This document shows positions 1 through 7,310 of a DNA stretch of 11,047 nucleotides, one piece after another. The position numbers and the translations under genes were made by a program. The stretch lies in contig JBHLKM010000039.1 in assembly GCA_048886685.1 (NCBI GenBank), forward strand, positions 1-11,047, written 5' to 3'. The notes beneath the pieces were generated by a model. That model worked only from the letters and a program-made list of their open reading frames with translations, did not search any database and was not told where the DNA came from. Positions within the stretch are counted from its first letter, which is position 1. Each line of letters opens with the position of its first letter. The stretch comes from Candidatus Hodarchaeota archaeon (GTDB taxonomy: Archaea > Asgardarchaeota > Lokiarchaeia > Sigyniarchaeales > SOKP01).

Positions 1-32
1 AACTGTGAATTGATAGTTAGTAATATTTAACA

Positions 33-66
33 AAATGTGATCAAAACATAACATTTATAAATGTTA
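33..66 (+). promoter_or_regulatory. Archaeal TATA box overlapped by two inverted repeats; probable XRE autoregulatory operator
   Basis: TTTATAAA at 54-61 lies inside the perfect 18-bp palindrome TAACATTTATAAATGTTA (49-66). It is overlapped by the IR AAATGTGAT-N6-ATAACATTT (33-56, 1 mismatch). The site is directly upstream of the membrane protein-XRE operon. Operator role is inferred. Confidence 0.55.
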
Positions 67-112
67 ATTATTTCTAACAAATTATGAAAAAAATATAACA
101 CGTGATGAAAAA

Positions 113-430
113 ATGGATATAGGAATAATCTTTCTGTTGATTCTAGGAATATTTCTGGCACAAATTTTGATTTTTTTATTTGTGTTCAGATATATAAAGA
201 AAAAAGGGATACTTCTAAGAGATGAAATGACCCGCGAGATGATGCGTAAATCTAGCGAAATTTCGTTTTGGGGATCTTGGGTTTTCTGGATCATTATCTT
301 AATATTAGAATCAATTTCAGAGTTCACCTTCAATTGGTATATCTATTGCGGACTAATAGGAATGGGAGTTATTTACGTAATTACTAATGCAATCATAAAA
401 TTCCAATTAAAAAACAAAGGTCAGGATTAA
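113..430 (+). CDS. Small membrane protein, DUF2178-like (about 3 TM helices)
   Basis: 105 aa with three hydrophobic stretches. [17 protein letters not shown] resembles the DUF2178 'DER' segment. The stop overlaps the XRE start (TAATG), a common pairing. Confidence 0.7.
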   Translation: MDIGIIFLLILGIFLAQILIFLFVFRYIKKKGILLRDEMTREMMRKSSEISFWGSWVFWIIILILESISEFTFNWYIYCGLIGMGVIYVITNAIIKFQLKNKGQD

Positions 431-672
431 TGGCGAAGAAAACTAAAGAAGAGGAGTTTACTACCAGAATCAAGGAATTACGGGCTAGATATAATCTGAC
501 TCAGAGTGATTTAGCTAAAATGGTTAATGTCCGGCGCGAAACGATCCTTTATATTGAAAAAGGAAAATATAATCCTTCTCTTGTTCTAGCTCATAAAATC
601 TCAAAAGCATTAAACTCTAAAATCGATGAGGTATTTCTCTTTGCAGATGATCAAGACACGAATCCTATTTAA
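213..672 (+). repeat. Direct repeat copy 1 (460 bp; partner 9871-10330)
   Basis: Ungapped alignment at offset 9658 with about 22 mismatches by hand count. Confidence 0.95.
430..672 (+). CDS. XRE/Cro-C1 family helix-turn-helix transcriptional regulator (HTH_3)
   Basis: [49 protein letters not shown] is a canonical XRE signature. Confidence 0.95.
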   Translation: MAKKTKEEEFTTRIKELRARYNLTQSDLAKMVNVRRETILYIEKGKYNPSLVLAHKISKALNSKIDEVFLFADDQDTNPI

Positions 673-693
673 TCTTTTTTTTTATTTTTTTTT
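673..693 (+). terminator. Oligo-T archaeal-type terminator
   Basis: Two long T runs immediately follow the XRE stop, between convergent genes. Confidence 0.55.
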
Positions 694-702
694 AGATTAA
701 AA

Positions 703-1240
703 TTAAAGCTCTAAGAAATTTTTTAAGATTTGAATGCCGTGGGGCTTCATCTTGATGGATTCGGGGTGGAATTGTAATCCTTCTATAGCATATTGCTTGT
801 GACGAACACCCATTATGGTACCATCATCCGCAGTGGCGCTGATCTTTGGGTCTTGTGGCAAGATATCGGATTTCGCAGCTAATGAATGGTATCTAATTAC
901 TTGCCAGTGAATTAGGGACGTTTTTTAGAATTGTTTCTTGGTCATGGAACACTTTTGATTCTTTACCGTGCATTGGTCCCTCTTTAGTTCTGCCCACGTA
1001 TTCAATATCTCCATCTTCTCCAAACGCTTCGACAATTGCTTGATGACCTAAACATATACTTAATATTGGTACTTTATTGTAAAACTCTTTAATGATTGGA
1101 ATTACTGTTCCGGTGTCATATTTTGGATGGCCTGGACATGGTGAGATAATGATTTTATCTGCATTCATTTCTTTCACTTTATCCACCGCAATATGATTGT
1201 CTTCAATAATTATCTTGGCGTTTGGTGCTAATTGGTATAA
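703..1240 (-). pseudogene. trpG: Anthranilate/aminodeoxychorismate synthase component II (class I glutamine amidotransferase), 5'-truncated and frameshifted
   Basis: One frame gives LYQL...IIISPCPGHP...PILSICLGHQ...GPMHGK. After a 1-nt frameshift near 899-905 another frame gives VIRYHSL...IMGVRH...GLQFHPES...ILKNFLEL*, with the stop at 703-705. The N-terminal IDNYDSF motif is absent and there is an in-frame stop just upstream of LYQL. SPGPG has become SPCPG and LGICLG has become LSICLG. Could be pabA. Confidence 0.9.
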
Positions 1241-1830
1241 TTTTAAGGATTTCTTATAAATTAAAAAATTAGCAACAAAATGGTTAAAAATTTAAAAGTA
1301 TTAGATTAAACTTTATTCTTTTAGATCTAAAAGAAATAAAATGATATCTTAACTAAAGACTTTCTTAAATACAAATTTAAGGAAATTTTGAATCATAATA
1401 TTAAGGTATTTATTTGCATATTATGCGAATAATATGATCTATATTTGATAAGATTTTAATTAAAGACTTTAATTAAATCTTTTTTTCTTTTTCAGTTATA
1501 TTGATAAATTGCTCTGAGTAATTTGATTTTAAGAATATATTTTAAGAGAATTTAATAAACTTTTCCAGTTAATTTAAATAAATTTATATAAATGTTTTTT
1601 CTTTATTTTTAAAGATAAGGATATATTAACCTATTTATTTAAGAATTTGCAGAAGTGTGCTTTAATTTTTATTTATTTAAATTAAATGAGATGGAATAAC
1701 AACGATAGTAAAAAGATATTTTAAGCACATAAAAAAATGTTATTTCGTTTTCTTTATCCTCCTCTTTAACATAATTTCAATTATTTTCATACCAAACAGT
1801 GATACTAATGTAAAAAATTCTGAGAATTTA

Positions 1831-4569
1831 ATGGATGATACAAAATCCTTTATTCAAATGTCTTCAAGTGGTCCTCCTAATAAACATTTTTTTAAATATT
1901 TTAAAATAATAACCATAAATCATGATATGGTTTCTGGCACAGGAAGTCATATAAATTTTCCTGTGTTAATCTCTATATTGGATTCAGATTTACAAGATCA
2001 TGTCTCTCAGTCAAATGGTAATGATATTGCATTTGCTAACGATACTGATTGGTTGGATCATGAAATAGAATTTTTTAATCAAACTTATAATAGTACTCAT
2101 GCGCAGTTAATTGGGTGGGTTCGTATTCCTAGCCTATCCACGATAGTTAATGCTACTATTTTTATGTATTATGGGAATTCAACAATGAGTTCCCGGCAAA
2201 ATCCAACTGGTGTTTGGGATGCTTCTTACCGAGGTGTATGGCATCTTTCAGAATTAAGTGGTTCATCAATTGATTCCACTTCTTATGATAATTCTGGGGA
2301 TGTATTAGGTACCGTTAGTAGGGGTGCTATGGGACAGATTGATGGAGCTTATGATTTTGAAAATAACGGACAGATTAATTTAGGTGATCCTATTGATGGG
2401 CATTTAGATATGGGCACGAAAAGTTTTACAATTAGTTTTTGGATGAATATTAATGATAGTACAGGATCTTATCAATATCCATTATATAAAGGTGCTTCAA
2501 CGGGTAGTGATACTGGATATGATTTTGAAACAAATCTGGATGCAACAAGCTTGTCCTTTCGCATTTGTGATGGTACGGATTTGAGAGATGTGAGCGGATT
2601 CGAAATAACTCATGATAGTTGGGCATATGTAACAGGAGTAGTGAATAGGTCATTGAATTACATGTACCTTTACAAAAATGGATCCCAAGTAGGTTCTACT
2701 AATATTTCTAGTATTGAAGATATAAGTAATACTATATCGCTTTTAACACCTCATGCTTTTTATGGTTTAAATGGATTGTTGGATGAAATAAGAATTTGTA
2801 GCATAGCGCATACAGCAGGTTGGATCTTAACAGAATATAATAATCAAGTTGACCCTAGAACATTTTTCTCCTTTAGTTCTGAAATAATTATTGATATTAT
2901 TCCCCCTTTTTATTCAGATCTAATAGAAAGTTCAGATCCCTTAGAATTGGGAGTAGCCGAAGTTATAAAAATAAATGTATCTGACCCCTCGGGAATTCTT
3001 CAAGTTAAAATCCAATTTGAAGGTTTGAATAATTCGATGGTTAATATTGGAGGAAATACATGGCAATACGATAATTGGATCCCCAATTTTATAGGCAATT
3101 ATACTTATATGATCTATATGCAAGACAATCTGAATAATTTGAATTCTACTATAGGTACTATAGAAGTGATTGATACAACACCTCCAATTTATTCAAATCT
3201 TATTGAAAGTTCAGATCCCTTAGAATTGGGCCAAACAGAAGTTATTCAGATAAACATAAATGATCTCGCAGGCATATTTCAAGTTAAGATCGAATATGAA
3301 GGGTTAAATCATTCAATGACCAATATTGGAGGTAATACGTGGCAATACAATTCATGGATACCAAATAATTGGATTGTTTACCAATATAAGATTCATATGG
3401 GAGATAACAATGGTAATTGGAATACAATTACTAATACTATTACGGTTCACGACACATTATCTCCTTCACCACCTATCTTAACTAACGCTCCAAGCGGAGA
3501 TATAAGTGGTAATGTAGTGTTTGATTGGTTAGATGGATCTGATCCCTCTGGAATATCTACATATAGATTGATTATAGATAATGAAATAGATCCTTTTACT
3601 ACACCTGGAGTTGTGTTTGAAATAAACATTACAAATACTGGTCTATCAAGCAGTTATTATGAATTTACAGAATCTCTTCGACCTGGAACTTATTATTTCT
3701 GTTTGTGGCAAATTGATGGAGCAGGTCATCAGAGTTCTGCTTCAATGGGTAGTTTTACTATAAGATCGAGTTCTCAACCTTTTCCTTTTTGGATCATTTT
3801 TATATCTATAATAATAATATCTGTATTGGCTTCTTTAACCGTAAGATCTTATGTAATATTACCTAGGAAAAGAAGGAAGGAATCTGAATTATTAGCAAGA
3901 ACACAAAGATTTAAAGATCTTAGAAATATTCAAGCAATAATAATAATCCATAATTTAAGCGGTGTACCAATCTTTTCAAGAAGTTATTCTATCTTAGAGA
4001 AGAATCAAAATGAACTTTTTTCAGGATTTATTCAAGCAATCACCACGGTAAGCGAAGAATTTTCCGAAAATAAAGCAGTTGATACTGAGATGGTTGAAAA
4101 AATTATAGAATTGGATCTTAAACATTTCAAGTGTCTTATTACTGACGAGGAAGATGTCAGGGTAGCATTTGTCCTTAAGCAGAAAACTTCCGAAAGACTA
4201 AAGAGCCAAATTAGAGCTTTTATTGTGGAATTAAATCTAAACCTATCTGAAGAATTAGAAAATTGGGATGGTTCTTTGGATAAATTTCAATCCTTGATTC
4301 CTTCAATATTAAATGAATATTTTGAGTTATATTATAAAGGACCTTTTATTATTACAGATGCAGCTTCAAGAGCGAAAATATGTAAAGACCATGAATTAAG
4401 CTCTATGGAAAAATACATTTTAAGTATCATTGATTCGATTATGAAAGATGAAACATCATTTCATTTGGATAAAATTATTGAATTAGTTGCTGAGCAGAAT
4501 AAAAATTTAGTTATTGATGCTCTTGAATCATTAATTAAAGAAGAACTCATTTTACCCACAGATAAATAA
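1831..4569 (+). CDS. Single-pass membrane protein: DUF2341 + LamG/ConA-like + Ig/FN3-like repeats + TM + longin-like + winged-helix-like
   Basis: DUF2341 motifs: GNDIAF..LDHEIE..WVRIPSLS..MYYGN. LamG motifs: GVWHLSE, SFTISFW, WAYVTGV, LYKNG, GLLDEIRI. Repeats start D..PP. TM FPFWIIFISIIIISVLASLTV (~3781-3860) is followed by PRKRRK. IIIIHNLSGVPIFSRSY...LFSGFIQAI is typical of Asgard longin-like domains. The true N-terminus probably lies upstream (see findings). Confidence 0.85.
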   Translation: MDDTKSFIQMSSSGPPNKHFFKYFKIITINHDMVSGTGSHINFPVLISILDSDLQDHVSQSNGNDIAFANDTDWLDHEIEFFNQTYNSTHAQLIGWVRIPSLSTIVNATIFMYYGNSTMSSRQNPTGVWDASYRGVWHLSELSGSSIDSTSYDNSGDVLGTVSRGAMGQIDGAYDFENNGQINLGDPIDGHLDMGTKSFTISFWMNINDSTGSYQYPLYKGASTGSDTGYDFETNLDATSLSFRICDGTDLRDVSGFEITHDSWAYVTGVVNRSLNYMYLYKNGSQVGSTNISSIEDISNTISLLTPHAFYGLNGLLDEIRICSIAHTAGWILTEYNNQVDPRTFFSFSSEIIIDIIPPFYSDLIESSDPLELGVAEVIKINVSDPSGILQVKIQFEGLNNSMVNIGGNTWQYDNWIPNFIGNYTYMIYMQDNLNNLNSTIGTIEVIDTTPPIYSNLIESSDPLELGQTEVIQININDLAGIFQVKIEYEGLNHSMTNIGGNTWQYNSWIPNNWIVYQYKIHMGDNNGNWNTITNTITVHDTLSPSPPILTNAPSGDISGNVVFDWLDGSDPSGISTYRLIIDNEIDPFTTPGVVFEINITNTGLSSSYYEFTESLRPGTYYFCLWQIDGAGHQSSASMGSFTIRSSSQPFPFWIIFISIIIISVLASLTVRSYVILPRKRRKESELLARTQRFKDLRNIQAIIIIHNLSGVPIFSRSYSILEKNQNELFSGFIQAITTVSEEFSENKAVDTEMVEKIIELDLKHFKCLITDEEDVRVAFVLKQKTSERLKSQIRAFIVELNLNLSEELENWDGSLDKFQSLIPSILNEYFELYYKGPFIITDAASRAKICKDHELSSMEKYILSIIDSIMKDETSFHLDKIIELVAEQNKNLVIDALESLIKEELILPTDK
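2893..3450 (+). repeat. Two tandem 279-bp (93-aa) intragenic Ig-like domain repeats
   Basis: DIIPPFYSDLIESSDPLELG at 2893 and DTTPPIYSNLIESSDPLELG at 3172; both units contain NIGGNTWQY..WIPN. A third DT..P linker begins at 3451. Confidence 0.9.
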
Positions 4570-4629
4570 TTTAATGAATGTAATGATATCTTAATTTAAC
4601 ATCTAAATAAGGCGCATAATAGTTTTTTT

Positions 4630-4710
4630 CCTATTGGAATTTTTAAAGCCATTCGAGCTATTGTCCATGAGAAATTCTCTGTAAACGAATCCTATGAAAT
4701 TTACAGGCAA
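4630..4710 (+). pseudogene. Short 3' remnant resembling the C-terminus of a LsrF/DhnA class I aldolase
   Basis: Translates to PIGIFKAIRAIVHEKFSVNESYEIYRQ, similar to the family C-terminal P-x-(A/G)-x-x-(K/R)AV-x-x-(I/V)VHE...AYELY pattern. No start codon; only 27 aa. Confidence 0.5.
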
Positions 4711-4894
4711 ATTCCTAATGCTCTCAAAATATCTAAATGTAAAAAGAATTTTATAAAGAAATTTTTATTTTTTTGTTATTATTCTTAAATTCATTCCTGT
4801 TTATAGACTTATTAGAAAAAAACTGATAATTAGCTATTTTAAATCCTAATTTAAATATGAAATCATATATATGTTATGAATATTTAAAGAATTT

Positions 4895-4935
4895 TAACCG
4901 TTTCACGATCAAATAGGTATAAAATTATACCTAAT
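4895..4935 (+). repeat. TAAC-anchored site A: 14-mer TAACCGTTTCACGA plus palindrome AGGTATAAAATTATACCT
   Basis: 14-mer at 4895-4908 is identical to 9759 and 10346. Palindrome at 4915-4932 (TAGGTATAA-AA-TTATACCTA at 4914-4933) has the same offset as in the 9526/9643 units. Confidence 0.85.
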
Positions 4936-5151
4936 TTTAACCATCGTCTAACGACAAATAATAGGAAGAATAAATGTTGTATAAATGGTTAGTTAAAATT
5001 AGAAATATAGACAGAAATGTGAATTATATATACTTGAAATGTTTTTTTAATATTTAGAAAGAATTAGATAGTTTATGAAAATTTTTAAATATAAAATTAT
5101 ATTTATTCAAACTCCAATCTTAAATCCTTAAATAGTGGAGCTAATTTTAAA

Positions 5152-5754
5152 ATGAATGATACAAAAGAGAAAATTCGGTTATTTGAGTTTAATGACGAAA
5201 AAGAAGAATTTCAAGAGATTGAGATAAAAGATGATATTCCTTTATATGAATATTTAGATCCAAAAATCGCACTTCTTTTTGTTGATCCACTACATAATAC
5301 TATATGGCTATGGTTTGGAAGAAATTCATTTAGAATGCGGAATCCGGCATCAAAAATGGTTCACTCTATAAAGGATAGACTTGATGTTCCTTATAAAATC
5401 AGAATAATAAGCCAAGATAATGAACCTGATACCCTTAAGGAAATATTAGGTTTAAAATTTGAGATTGGTCTAAACTTACCCAATTATGACTTTATACCTG
5501 AGCTTTTGGAGATAGAATCTAAAAAAATCGAATCTTTAATAAAAGAGAATCCTGATAATGAGTTAGTGATTGAAAGAAAATCTCTTCCAGAAATCATTGA
5601 TGAGGATTTATTAGAAATCTCTAAAAATGATAAGCTTCCGGTATTAACACAATTTGCTTTAAGTGAATTTTTAAAAAGAGGAATTATGACTGAATTCTAC
5701 AAAAATGTGGTAAAATTTCTATTGACACCTCTCCCTCATAATCAAGAATATTAG
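5152..5754 (+). CDS. Single gelsolin-like domain protein with an uncharacterised C-terminal region
   Basis: LD..IALLFVDP..NTIWLWFGRNS...ASKMVHSIKD...IRIISQDNEPDTLKEILG matches the gelsolin-domain pattern (l.s..vfilD...iwvW.G..s...v.qg.Ep..F) seen in Lokiarchaeia. Confidence 0.7.
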   Translation: MNDTKEKIRLFEFNDEKEEFQEIEIKDDIPLYEYLDPKIALLFVDPLHNTIWLWFGRNSFRMRNPASKMVHSIKDRLDVPYKIRIISQDNEPDTLKEILGLKFEIGLNLPNYDFIPELLEIESKKIESLIKENPDNELVIERKSLPEIIDEDLLEISKNDKLPVLTQFALSEFLKRGIMTEFYKNVVKFLLTPLPHNQEY

Positions 5755-5798
5755 ATACCATCCATGAATTAATAAGAAAGAAATCGTTATACCTAAAT

Positions 5799-7013
5799 AT
5801 GGTACTAGTACGGAGGGAAGGAGTTCTCCTAGAAGCAACTGAGAACGAGTTTGAAAATCAGGCTGTCTTAAACCCTACGGTGGTTCAGCAAGGAGATACA
5901 TTACATTTATTCTATCGCGCTGTAAAAGAAGGAAATTATTCAAGTATTGGTTATTGTAAATTGGAAGGACCCTTGAATATCATAGAAAGGAAAAATAGTC
6001 CTATTTTGTTTCCTGAATATGATTATGAAATACATGGTACAGAAGATCCAAGAATCGTTTTTCTTGATGGTACTTATTTTATGTTTTACACGGCCTATGA
6101 TGGAAAAAATGCGTTAATAGCATACGCAACTAGTAAAGACCTAAAAACATGGGAAAAGCATGGAATAATTTCAGCTAAAATGAGATACGATGAAGCAGGG
6201 AATTTTTTCCATTTTTCAAAACTAAAAGAGAAGTATCATTTCTTTATATCATATTATAAGGATGTCGTTGCTGAAGATGTACTTTTATGGGAGAAAGATT
6301 CATTCATTTTTCCAAAAAAATATAATAATAAGTTTGCACTGTTCCATAGAGTATTACCAGATATTCAAATTGTTTGTTTCGATGATTTTAAAGATTTGAC
6401 AATCGATTTCTGGAAGGATCATCTAAAAAAATTAGGCGATCATGTTGTAATGGAGCCAAAATTTGGATTCGAATCAAGAAATATCGGTGCTGGAGCACCA
6501 TTAATAGAAACTGAGAGAGGTTGGCTTATGATATATCATTCTGTAGAAGATTCTAATAGGGGTAAGGTATATCACGCAAGTGTCGCCCTCCTTGATAAAC
6601 ATAATCCATATAGGGTAATAGGACGGCTTAAAGAACCTCTCTTTTCGCCAACTGAAGATTATGAAAAAATTGGAGATATAGATAATGTTGTTTTCCCTAC
6701 AGGTACTGCAATATTTGGAGAAAGGCTTTATATTTATTATGGTGCCGCCGATAAAAGAATAGCTGTAGTATCAGTAAATCTGGATAAACTTATTCACGAA
6801 CTCTTGGCGTCTGATTTAGAGGTTGGAATTGGTTTTTTAGCAGGGCAGATCTTTAATCTTACAATTAAAGAAGAAAAAAGCTTAACTCAACTTAAGAATT
6901 TATTGAACCAAAAAGAATATCTTTTATTGATGGCAATTGGTTGGTTAACAAGGGAAAATAAGATTCTGAGTAGAATTGATTCAGATGAACTAATCGTTAG
7001 ATCTATAAGGTAA
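5799..7013 (+). CDS. GH130 (DUF377) glycosidase/glycoside phosphorylase with C-terminal DUF2582-like winged helix
   Basis: AVLNP, YRAV, GTEDPRI, YTAYDG, IGAGAP, WLMIYH, NVVFPTG and YYGAAD are GH130 five-bladed propeller motifs. The tail IGFLAGQIF...LLMAIGWLTRENKI is DUF2582-like. Confidence 0.88.
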   Translation: MVLVRREGVLLEATENEFENQAVLNPTVVQQGDTLHLFYRAVKEGNYSSIGYCKLEGPLNIIERKNSPILFPEYDYEIHGTEDPRIVFLDGTYFMFYTAYDGKNALIAYATSKDLKTWEKHGIISAKMRYDEAGNFFHFSKLKEKYHFFISYYKDVVAEDVLLWEKDSFIFPKKYNNKFALFHRVLPDIQIVCFDDFKDLTIDFWKDHLKKLGDHVVMEPKFGFESRNIGAGAPLIETERGWLMIYHSVEDSNRGKVYHASVALLDKHNPYRVIGRLKEPLFSPTEDYEKIGDIDNVVFPTGTAIFGERLYIYYGAADKRIAVVSVNLDKLIHELLASDLEVGIGFLAGQIFNLTIKEEKSLTQLKNLLNQKEYLLLMAIGWLTRENKILSRIDSDELIVRSIR

Positions 7014-7310
7014 CTATTAAAAAAAAATCATTTCAATTATCTAAGATCTAAATTTTTTAAAGTTTTTGTCTTTTTTTAAAATTAATTTATCGAATTTTAT
7101 ATTGTGGAACTGTCTTTCGATTTTTTTAAAGATCAGACAATTAATGTTATTGTAATCAAATAAATTGAACCTTATCCAGTAAAATTGTGGATAAATAACA
7201 TCTAAAAATTTAAAAGTGGTAAGATTATAAAATAATTGCAGTATTTCTAATGAGAAAAGCAAATCCTAATTTTTTTGGCAAATATATACATTTTTAAAGA
7301 GTGTTTTAGA

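Noticed and set aside
82-333. Minus-strand 83-aa ORF (and its counterpart 9788..9991)
   Set aside because: Antisense shadows of the membrane protein genes with no recognisable motifs.
893-1186. 97-aa ORF as an intact gene
   Set aside because: It is only the middle fragment of the frameshifted trpG/pabA pseudogene.
2450-3629. Three short minus-strand ORFs (2450..2653, 2941..3123, 3447..3629)
   Set aside because: Antisense to the well-supported 912-aa CDS.
4609-4640. dif-like half site GGCGCATAAT
   Set aside because: No matching second arm (TTATGTTAAA-like) after a 6-bp spacer.
7041-7262. 73-aa minus-strand ORF between GH130 and GT4
   Set aside because: F/K/N/I-rich composition typical of AT-rich non-coding DNA, a non-ATG start, and opposite orientation to both neighbours.
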